Shown here: positions 53,212-64,000 of the stretch, in pieces
Layout: every line of letters begins with the position of its first letter
Position numbering within the stretch: the first letter of the stretch is position 1
Assembly (NCBI GenBank): GCA_964016885.1
Contig: OZ024741.1
Location: forward strand, 30,442,001 to 30,506,000
Source: Eledone cirrhosa
Taxonomy: Eukaryota
Length of the DNA stretch: 64,000 nucleotides
Direction of reading: 5' to 3'
The notes under the pieces: generated by a model
Told to the model about the DNA's origin: nothing
Database searches by the model: none
Seen by the model: only the letters and a program-made list of their open reading frames with translations
Program-made: the position numbers and the translations under genes

Positions 53212-54926
53212 TTAGGAATTCAATATATCTCTATGATGTATCGCATGAGGTGGAGGTTGTCGTATATGGACTTGGTCGCGATTGCGCATGTCTGAGCTTC
53301 TCCCACCAGGTTCTCGACGATAAGCGCTAATCCGTCTACTGTAGGCTTTGCATGTCGGTAACGACAAGTTCAGCTTCCAGTAGCCGGGTCCTTGTCTCTG
53401 GGTTCTATCAAGGTTGACCATGCAGGTCACTAGTTTGTGATCTGAATAGATAACCATGAATATTTATGGACAGCTTAACATGTCCCTATCCTTATTTCTA
53501 ACTAGAACCCTATCTAGGTACGATCTAGATGTTCCGCTAAGGTTAGTCCACGTCCACAGTGGCACAGTCGGAAAAATCTAGTCGATATCTATCGGCCAGG
53601 TCAAATCGGCCGATTAATTGTTTGAGGCTGTTACACCACCCTTTATCGGGACATGCTCCCACATAATCCCAACGTGTATCTAGGATTCCATTCACCCATT
53701 AAAAGCAAGGAGCGGAACGTTCCCAGAAAAGTCTCTAGACGTTTGAAGAAGTCTGGCCGCGGTGTCCCGGATGGGGCATATGCGGGCACCAGCCTGAAGG
53801 CTCCACCTTCACTATCGTCAACGTCTAGGACCACCAGTCGACTCTCCGGGTCCAGATGTAGCGTCTGTATTACGAGGCCCAGGTGTTTCCGCAGCAAAAC
53901 GGCAACCCGCCCCGACCCCACGGCTGACAGAGAGATGCGTAGATCTCAAAGTAATCGAAGATAGGGCCAGCTGTCGCTCGGTGGGGATTCTGGACGCGCA
54001 AATGGCTACTACATCCATACTGTGCGACCTGAGGTCGTTTAAGAGTTTGGCCTGTTTCCAGGGCATCCCCAGGCCACGTACATTCACACATCCAACTCTT
54101 ATATTGGCCATGTTGGTTCTGAAAAGTTAAAAGAAGAGAAGACGAAAACACTCACCTCTTCGTCTCCCGGGGATCAGGCCGCACGATTTCCATGGGGGTG
54201 TTAGAGGGGTGTCTGGGTGGGCGGTGTTTTCCGGCGCGGTGGGGACCGAGATGTTTGATGGGGAGGGGTGTCTGATGGGGTGGGTGTGCCTGGGATGAGG
54301 GTGGGGCAACTTTCTGAAAGGACGCGGTTAATGGGTTTAACACAAGAATTACCCACGTCCTTAGGAAAGCTTTCCTTTAAAGACTTATAGGTGTCCGTAG
54401 GGACCCTAATCATCTTTAAATTAGGTTTGTCTGCACAGTTCGAAAAAGTGTTCCCTTCGGTTTTCACCGAAGGGTCGTTGGAGATTACCTCCATTAAAGT
54501 TTTGTTTTTACTGTTTATGTATGTGTAATGTTCTTGTGTTGCGGTGGTTTTTGTCTGTTGTTCTTGTGGGAGCTTTCGATATGTTGTAGGTGTTAGTGTT
54601 TGGAGTGATGTCGTGGCTTTGTTTTCGAGACGGAGGGTGTTCGTTTGTAATGTTTGTGTTGTTTGTGTTGGTAGTTGTATGTTTGTAGTGATGTTTGTTG
54701 TTTTTTTGTTCTTGTGGTGTCTTTTCTTCTTTCTTTTCAAACGGAGAGGCTCTCCCTCATCGTCACTTGGTGATGATGAGGGGGCCTCGTCCGTTGTGGT
54801 GTCTGTGTTATTTGGAAGGGGTATGTTTTGGGGAGGTGTTGTGTTTATGGGTGTTTTAGCAGTGGTTTTAGGTGGAGTGAGGTTGGGTGGGACTGAGCTT
54901 GCAGGTTGGTTTGTTGTTCTTGTTTT

Positions 54927-54930
<4 letters not shown>
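53212..54930 (-). mobile_element. Tx1 fragment E (ORF1 C-terminus, APE, short RT piece), internally deleted
   Basis: CVNVRGL, LLNDLRS, AYAP, SDHKLV and GPGYWKLN, homologous to copies A-C. Confidence 0.85.
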
Positions 54931-54968
<38 letters not shown>

Positions 54969-55144
54969 TGAAAGCAAACGAAAATGCTGACAAGTTATTC
55001 CCAGTGAAAAATAGTTTAATTACGAATAAGTATAAATTAGTAATAAGTATTGGTTAGTATTCAGTTTTAGTTTTAAGTTTTTACCGGTTGCGTATTTCTA
55101 TTGCTTTTCAAAAATAATTTTGAGATAGAGCGCTCGTGATGTTT

Positions 55145-56884
55145 GCTCTAATGCGACACCGCCGCTCACGGAACTTAACGTGGTTCAATCCTCCTCACAA
55201 TGCCGAGGTGGCAACACCTATCGGGAAAATCTTCTTTAGGCTCATCGAAAAACACTTCCCACTCCAACAGCGGTACCACAACATAACCAATAAAAACACC
55301 ATCAAACTCTCCTACAGCACCACACCTAACTTCGAACAAAACATCGTCTCCTCAAACAACAAAAAACTCAACCCCTATGGAAGAAACAAACTAGACATCA
55401 GTGGAGACCCGACCAGGAGGTGTAACTGCCCTGATAGATCTAGGTGCCCCCTCAACAACAGATGCCGAGAACGTAACGTGATATACCATTGCAACGTGAG
55501 GACGGACACCTCCAACAAAGCTTATATAGGATTAACCGCTTGTGAGTTCAAGATCCGGCCCTACCAACACTGACATACTTTCCGAAACCCGGTCCGGCGA
55601 CATGCCACTACACTTTCGGGCCACATCTGGGACCTCAAAGATAATAATATAACCTACAATCTCACTTGGAGCTTACTGTCCAGAGATAACTCTTACACGG
55701 GAGGATGCCGTCCGTGTAACTTATGCTCGGAGGCAACATTACAAATGCTGTTTTCGAAGGACCAACTCCTAAACAAGAAAGACGAACTGGTAACCGCATG
55801 CAAACACAGATTGCGTAGAACTTATCTCGCCCTCAAAACCCATAACGACCCGGGTGGGTTGACAAGGGGTGATACACCGCCAATTGCCGAATAAGTTAGG
55901 GGAAATCCCAGCTTACATAGCTAGACGTACCTCTTTTCTTTTCCTCTATGTTTTCTTCCTCCCCCCGTCTCATCTTATCACTTCCTTCCACCCCCATCTT
56001 CCTCCTCGTCTGTTTTTTCCCTTTCGCCTACCCTGATGCAGCCCATCGGTCCTCTGTAACCTCAGTACCCCCCACCCCGGTAATTTTATGATAGAATTGG
56101 CCGATTACGCTTTACTAACTACTTATAGCACATGTGTTAGACCCCTATATTTTGGTATCTTTTTTTGTTACTACTCCAATTCTACAATTTCAAAATTTCT
56201 TATTTAGTATTTTCTATTCTCAACTTATTTACCTGTAATTGTAAGATAGCATTGGCGGAATAAGCTTTACTTACTATTTATAGCAGCTGTGTTAGCCCCC
56301 CCCTGAAAACTTTGCATTATATATTTCACTTCTACAATTTCTTATTTAGTATTTTCCATTCTCAACTTATTAAACTTTTCTATAGCTTTGCCGTACAAGC
56401 AACACCTACTAATTATAGCAGCTATCTCTAGACTCGACTGTTTTTTTGTTTTTTTTTTAAATTCATATCTCACTATCTAATTTTTTGATATATTTTTTTT
56501 ATTTTCATTATCTGCTACTCTCATTTGACTTACCTATTCTTTAAACTCCCCTCCACCTTTTTCTCCAGACAATTTTTCGACTTTTCATACACTATCTTTA
56601 GAATCTGCTGTATAAATTTCCCTTTCCACGCCTGACTGGCTTTACTCACTCCCTCAGTGTTCTACAGGTAAGTTCAGCCACCCCTACCTCCCACCAAATT
56701 CCATGATAGATTTATTTGTGTTTACAACAAATGTTGCCCAATCCTCTTCACAACTACAATCTTCCCATATAAGGAAGTACCCATTGACAAGTTCGGCTAT
56801 TTACTTACCAGGCTAAAAATTCTAATTCAGTCCAGAAATAGCCGTCAAAACGGCTTGAGCTCTGCCGTCGGGGTCATACCTTTT

Positions 56885-56888
<4 letters not shown>
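55145..56888 (+). mobile_element. Penelope fragment (GIY-YIG part + 3' pLTR), relative of 24857-27917; hammerhead at 56779-56874 with GAAA>AAAA
   Basis: WFNPPHN, IKLSYSTT, CNCPD..CPLNNRC, AYIGLTACEF. Ends ttttcc-(TA)n. Confidence 0.88.
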
Positions 56889-56921
<33 letters not shown>

Positions 56922-57179
56922 TCTCCTTCTTCCTCTCTCCTCACTACCGTTCCCCCTTTTTTTCCTTTTTTGATCTTTTCTTTCCTCTGTCTTTTGATTG
57001 AGATAAGGTCTTGGGCGCACCGCTGATCGCTTTTAGATGTCCTGTATTAAGCGCCAAAACATCTTGATCTCGGTTTTACAAATGATGAGGATTTCATTTC
57101 TTCTCTTGTTTCGTCCATACTACCATCTTAAATTTTATTTACCGTAACTACACAGCTCATTTCGTTTCTTATAATTTTG

Positions 57180-57221
<42 letters not shown>

Positions 57222-57441
57222 CACACAAGATAACTGGCTTGACCAGGGACAAATTTTCGACAGGGAGAATTATCAGGTGGTATTATACCGGTGACAAGAA
57301 GGGTAGTAAATAGTAGACATTAGACGGGTAACAAGTTTGCCAAAAGAAGCAGTCTGTTTCAGCCTAATGTTTACTCAACCAAAAGGGAGTTAGGACAAAA
57401 TAAGAAGATAGATATTCATATATTTACTATATATCTATATC

Positions 57442-58005
<564 letters not shown>

Positions 58006-58021
58006 CATGTGTGTGTGTATG

Positions 58022-58077
<56 letters not shown>

Positions 58078-58109
58078 GGAGAGCGTGTACGGAAAGAGGT
58101 TAAAGCTTG

Positions 58110-59090
58110 CTGACAGGTTTGTTTACGTTCGTAGTTCGTTCAACAATTCATTCATACTTGATGATGAGATATCCTTAAGAATGAAGAAAGCCAGTGGTGC
58201 TGAATGAACGTTTATGGTCCAGACGAGTTATTACCATTGAAACCAAGATAAAAGTATACCTGACTTGTATCGTCTCTTCTTTGCTTTATGCTTGTGAAAC
58301 GTGGCTCAGATATAGAAACTACCTCAAGGAACTGGAGAAGATTCACCAACATTCCCTTCGTAAGATACTTGGTTGTGTGATGGAATATCTTCGTCAGTGA
58401 TCTGGAAGTTCTTGAACAGAGTAGGTGCATGGGTATAGAGAGCATGATCTTACGGCATCAGCTGAGGTGGTGCGGTCACGTGGTTCTGATGTCTGATGAT
58501 CGTATTCCAAAGCAACTTCTCTACGGTGAACTGTGCGAAGGGCGGCGACCAATACACAAACCAAAAATGCGGTACCAGGACTTGGCTTGCGCTTGTTTCA
58601 TCTGATGAATAGGAGAAAATGGCGAAGGGCGTGTGAAGTGGAGACGTTTGATCAGGTCAGGGAGTCATCACTTCGAAGCTCGTTGAAGAGAACATCTTAC
58701 ACTGAAAAGGAGGTTGAGGAGAACGGACTGTTCTGAATTGCCTGCTGTTGAGCAAAATCTGGTTTGCCAGCACTGTAGTCGAGTCTGCCCGGGTAAAGCT
58801 GGTTTGATTAGCCATGAACAAAGTCATATCTGTAGACCTCATGTAGATCGAGATCTGAAAAAGTGTAAAGAATGTGGCAAGGAATGTGCAAACATGGGAG
58901 GTCTTGGAACATATATGAGAACACACAGTCAGAAACAAGCGGTGGAATGTCCCTGAGGAGCCTACAGTTGCCATCTGTGTGCCAGAGGGTGCACGTCTTT
59001 GGCTGGTTTAAAGAGCCACATTCGTGCCTCTATATGTTTGAGCATTTCATCAGGCGAAGGCAATGCTTGATCACAAGTTTGCGGCCATCA
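58110..59090 (+). mobile_element. RTE/BovB-like LINE 3' fragment with C-terminal C2H2-like fingers
   Basis: TKIKVY..SLLYACETW and HQLRWCGHV..MSDDRIPKQLLYGEL, followed by zinc-finger motifs. Confidence 0.8.
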
Positions 59091-59431
59091 TATATATATA
59101 TATTGTATAAATTGATGACCAACTGGGTTGTGTATGCAACACGCCAATCAGTAAAGGATGCTGCATTTAGATTCTCGCACTCAACGAGAGATGTATCCTT
59201 CTAAATGTCATTTGGCAGTCTATGACAGAGTCTATGATTATAATTGCAAAGGCTAGATATAGAAATTCACAACAGACATCGCATCCGTCCGTCTGTACAC
59301 ATATCTAGAGGCCATATTGAAATAGGAATGTTACATAACTACTTTATTACTTAAAATGTTGTCTGATGGAGTCGTGTTGGTGGTCGTATGATAACTGCAT
59401 TGTTTTATATCATGAACAATATATATATGTA

Positions 59432-59500
59432 AGGCGTGTGGCTGAGTGGTTAGATAATTGGTTTCACAATCGTAGGGTTGTGATTTCGATTCCCAGATCG
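59432..59500 (+). mobile_element. tRNA-derived SINE head remnant
   Basis: A box tggctgagtgg and B-box-like atttcgattcc at tRNA spacing. Confidence 0.5.
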
Positions 59501-60017
59501 CTTTTCACCTTCAGATTGAATTTGCATTAGCAATACTTCCGATAGATAATATTACCAATGGGAAAGACCGATGGAAACATTGTTTCCTCGCTCCGAGATA
59601 ATGATGAGCATCACCCAACTCGTTAAGCGAATGAAGTCTGGGGTCTTGCCGAGCGACTGTCGAAATATAAGTACATATATATATATATATGTATATATAC
59701 ATACTAGCAGTTTAGCCCGGCGTTGCTCGGGTGTGTTCATTTGCTATGAAAAGTTACATACAGGTAAACGTGGTTTGAAAGCGAATAAGCTTATTAATTA
59801 AGTGCATAAAGCAGTTGAACCGGTTATTAAAAGTTACGAACCAATTAGCATTTTGGTCAATCAATGATGCGTTAATAATCTTGCAATAGCGAATTTAGTA
59901 GAACAAAGTTGCAAGATGGTGGTCCTGATGCCGCTGGGTGTCAGATCTGTCCGCCATGGGATACCCTACCAGGAAATAGTGTTCCAGACGGCATAGCTCC
60001 AACACCTTCCCCAACAT

Positions 60018-61290
60018 TTATAGCACCTCTTTGTAGACGATATTGCGTGTCATCCCTTGAGGAGAGTAAGCAAAAAGTCCATTCCTGCTCCCTGCGCGGG
60101 AACAGGCAACATAAAGTTGGCCATGGGAGAAGCATGGCTCCCCCAAATGGATGCCCGCCACCGACAATGTTTGCCCTTGTGACTTGTTAATGGACATGGC
60201 AAACAATGGTCTCACCGGGAATTGGGATCGCCGGAAATCGAACCGGATATCTGACGCCGAGGGGAAAAGGTTCATCCTTGGAATGAAAACATTCTCCCCT
60301 CTTCCGCACCGTGTTACAATGGTGGCCTCAGTCAAGTGGGTGTCAGTGACTTGACGACCATGTGAGTACCTTGGCACTGATTTGGTGGACGCAAGTTCCT
60401 TATTAGCATAATGGGACAGCCAACCCTAAGCTTAATAATGTGAGGTGGGAGCCCTGTGGGCTCAAGGTGATTTAATAACTCAACCGGATAATTAACGATA
60501 TCGTCGGGGTCTGATTTGAAGATGTGCTCTTTACCGGGAATCTTCTCAATCAGCTGCTCGTTAATAAAATTAACCATGGTATTTTTCGGAGCAAGGATGG
60601 CTCTTTCGCTGAGCCAATCGAGGTTTTTAAAGTTAGATGAGACATTAGGAAAAACTGCTTCCCAAAGGTCAGAAGGGCTGCTCACAATGTTGCACAGGGT
60701 GTCGATTGCTATGCTGCCCTTGTCATCCGCAGGGATCTTGCCCTCACCAAGTGCTAAAATGTTCTGTGCTGCAGACAAGTTGTCACTATGCAAATGAGCA
60801 GGCATATTTGTGCTCAGGTACAAACTATTCACCTGGAGCCACAACATGGACGACTTAAGACAGGCACGCACTTCATCAGCTCTTGTCCATTTGGGGATGA
60901 CAGGCAGCGTTTTCAGAAAATCCCCTGGTAGCAGAAGGGTTACGCCACCCATAGGAGACGTAGAATCCCTAATGTCTTTCCGGGCCCTGTCCAATGCCTC
61001 AAGTGCACCCTTGTGTGCCATTGTGCACTCATCCCAAACAATGAGGCAACATCTTTTGAGAACCAGAGCTTTGTGTGAACTCTTGCTGATATTGCATGTT
61101 GGTGTCTCAGTTTTTATTAAATCCAAAGGGAGTTTCAAGGTTGAATGTGCTGTCCTGCCTCCCGGCAGCAAAGTAGCAGCGATCCCGGACGATGCAACGG
61201 ACGACGCAACATTTTTCTCCTGACGAATCTTAGCGAGAATCAAATTCGTTACAAAAGTTTTTCCAGTACTCCAGGAGCGTTTTTTATTGG
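60018..61290 (-). pseudogene. PIF1-family helicase domain of the Helitron RepHel protein
   Basis: VASSGIAATLLPGGRTAHS, WDECTM, GDF..TLPV, AILAPKN, MLIRNL, QFPV..FAMSINKSQGQT, FSHGQLYVACSR, NIVYKEVL. Confidence 0.93.
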
Positions 61291-61313
61291 GGGGATCAGG
61301 GTTTGGTTTTTTT

Positions 61314-62042
61314 TTACCTTGAGTTATAACCAGTCAGTAGTTCCTTCAAAGGCTCTGGCGGTTCCGGAAGAGGTGGCAAGGTGACCTTACCGTTTAAGCA
61401 GCACATTGCAGGTGGCTCCCCAGCCCACTTTGTAGCATTGCAGAATTGGCAATTGAAGCGCATCTCGCCTATATTCATGTCAGAGCGCATCGAGTAATTA
61501 ACGTTTTGCTCATACTTGAAAGCCCGTAGGTGCCAGTAAGGGCTGTTGGGGCTAGTCACACCGCGTGCAGCTTCTCGCCGTCGACTGTTACGCTTGAACG
61601 TAGAACATTGGTCGTGTGGTTGGTGGGAAGGTCTGGCAGCAATAGCAGAAGCAACATTTGCAATGCTAATGGACCGCCCGTCTGCAACTTCAGAAGCCAT
61701 GGAAGTAGTCATAGCCGCAGCGTTCGTAGGAAGGCGAGCCGTCCGTTGTTTAAAACGTTCCAAAGACCTGGAAGCAGCATTAGTCGCATCGTTTCTAGCC
61801 AGGCGCTTCGACCTTTGTTCCCGGCTCTCTGAAGCCCTGGAAGAAGCCTGGTATGAAGCCATTTTGGCTAGGCGTGCGGTGCGCTGTTGGAAACTTTCAG
61901 TGGCTCGACATTCTGCTGAACGTAAGGCTGTCTGTGAAAATCTTGAAGCATTTTCCTCAGAGGACTCGTTTTCTATAGTAGCTTTTTGTGCCACTGCTGA
62001 TGCGGTATGTCGACTGAGGCGACTTATCTTTTTAGGTGGCAT
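61314..62042 (-). pseudogene. Helitron RepHel N-terminus (repeats + Cys cluster)
   Basis: MPPKK start; ES.EQR..RLA-type repeats; CQFCNATKW..E...CCLNGKV.LP.L.EPP.PL. Confidence 0.85.
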
Positions 62043-62059
62043 TTTATGTCCAAAAGAAA

Positions 62060-62486
62060 GGGTGAAAGTTACTTCTACAGAAAAATTGACTTTGAAAGTC
62101 TGTCTGTTTATGAATATTGTTATTGCTGTTGTGATACAAATGTTAGTAAGTAAATGGGTATGGAATAATAAATTGTGAAAGTTACTTCAACATAAAAATT
62201 GACTTTGAAAGTATAAGGCTGATAATTGAATGGAAAAAGATTGATAAGAAAGACCCCCCAAAAAAGTTTACAGGTATTTGTATGTATGTGTGTATTTTTA
62301 TGTCGAAAAGAAAGGGTTAAAGTTATACAGAAAAAATTTAGTTTGAAAGTGTAAGGCCGATGTGTGTGTAAATTAAGTGACAGGTATTTGTATGTATGTA
62401 TGTATGTGTGTATGAAAGTGTAAGGCCGATGTGTGTGTAAATTAAGTGATAGGTATTTGTATGTATGTGTATATGTATGTATTGTG

Positions 62487-62518
<32 letters not shown>

Positions 62519-62790
62519 TGTATGTATGTATGTATGTATGTATGTATGTATGCATGTATGTATGTATGTATGTATGTATGTATTAAAGGTTGAAAGTTAC
62601 TTCAACATAAACATTGACTTTGAAAGTTAAGGCTGATAATTGAATGTAAAAAGATTGATAAGAAAGGCGAAAAAAAAAATTTACAGGTATATGTATGTAT
62701 GTGTGTATTTTTATGTCGAAAATAAACGGTTAAAGTTACTTATACAGAAAAATATAGTTTGAAAGTGTAAGGCCGATTGAAAAACTTACA
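62060..62790. repeat. Subterminal tandem repeats and (TATG)n in the Helitron 5' region
   Basis: gaaagttacttc...ttgactttgaaagt recurs several times. Confidence 0.8.
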
Positions 62791-63323
62791 GTTTAGTAAA
62801 TGAAAGTCAGCTTCGAAATGGAGCTAAAACAAACTGTGTATGCGTTGATTGATTGAAATTCCCGCGTTCCTGTTTCTATGACGTCAATCGTAACCATACC
62901 AACATATATGTGTGTGTATGCACCCACATATATGTGTGTATATGTTTTTTTTCAATGTTTCTCTTTTTCACAAACACTTATAAGAGAAGGTAGCAATTTT
63001 TAGGGGAGGTGATGAAGGGAGTAGATATAGGAAACGTATATCATATGAGAGAGGAGAAATCATCGATTGTTGAAATAAATCGTTTTTCCGTAATTGTGGC
63101 ATTTTTTATCCAATAAGTTCGCCCATGACGCAAGTTAGAATATTTGTAAACATTCTGCTTATTTATTCATTCAATATTTTTGGAATTGTGTAAATGTATA
63201 AAATTGAAACATACATACAGACACAAAAATCTGCCTTTTATAGATAATGATATATATATATATATTACGACAGATTGTCAATGAAATAGTTTATGGATTT
63301 CGACATCTGCCCTACGCAGTTAT

Positions 63324-63373
<50 letters not shown>

Positions 63374-64000
63374 ATTATACTTGGGGAGGGTCATATTTGT
63401 GTAATATTGCCAGAATTAATAACAGAACACACTCACTGTTTAGTTGGTTTTCGCTTTTCGCTTCTGTGTCTTTTATATCGGTAATCTATTTTATTCGGTC
63501 CTCAATGTTGCCATTGACTGACCAACGGTCAAAAATAATACAGATTCAATATAGACACAAACACATATATATAGTTTATCAAAGTTCTTTCGTTGTACAT
63601 CTGCAACATCGTCAGTGGTGCTATTGTTTCCTCCCGTTACATTGTATGTCTACGCCATCTTTATTTAGTCTGTTTATATATTTATTTATTTATTTGTTTG
63701 TTTGTTTATTTTATTTTGTCTTCTTTGCGCATGCGTTTGCGTGTGTGTATAGTGTTTTGTTTGATGTGTGTTCGTGATTGGGTGACTGTGTATTGGTTAA
63801 TGTATTCTATGTTTACTAGTGCGTGTTTATATGTGTTTGTTGTTATTGTGCTTGTGTATGTATTTATTTATTTATTTATTTATCTATTTATTTATTTATT
63901 TATACTTCTCTTAGGTCAGTGTTGTTTGTTTGGGTGTTGTTGTTATTCCATTCATCCTTTCTGTTTAGTCTTGGCCTTCTAAGTTCTATTTCACTGGCCT

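Larger units (their letters stand above)
59704..63250 (-). mobile_element. Helitron, internally deleted, both termini present
   Basis: The minus-strand 3' end is the hairpin cccgagcaacgccggg followed by CTAG|T. The 5' end is A|TC at 63250 (alternative 63244). Inserted in (TA)n. Confidence 0.9.

Noticed and set aside
58714-58956. Host C2H2 zinc-finger gene
   Set aside because: It is contiguous with the RTE C-terminus and lacks TGEKP linkers; treated as part of the element.
59432-59500. tRNA gene
   Set aside because: No convincing cloverleaf and a degenerate B box; more consistent with a SINE head.
60018-61243. Host PIF1 helicase gene
   Set aside because: It is intronless, frameshifted and enclosed by Helitron termini.

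Overview
Eukaryotic, repeat-saturated window with no recognisable host gene. The (TA)n/(CA)n microsatellites and Nin-domain-type SINEs suggest a cephalopod such as Octopus (inference). Positions 1-20.1 kb hold one decayed R4/Dong-type RLE retrotransposon (+). It lies tail-to-tail with a head-to-tail stack of four divergent Tx1/L1-clade LINE copies (-), joined through (AAT)n tracts except at one deletion junction. Positions 20-58 kb are (TA)n tracts filled with Penelope-like elements (RT/GIY-YIG remnants) and many fold-back insertions. Read by eye, these carry about six distinct families of type I hammerhead ribozyme, two with the non-canonical U3-A8 core. Also present: a second decayed R4/Dong copy, RTE fragments, SINE fragments and an internally deleted Helitron with both termini. 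Strongest leads: (i) the variant hammerheads, (ii) a reproducible long-arm/short-arm geometry of the fold-back insertions, (iii) a splice donor plus pyrimidine tract at the Tx1 ORF1/ORF2 junction that could fuse the ORFs in frame. All RNA structures were assigned by hand; no folding or database search was run, and element boundaries are approximate.
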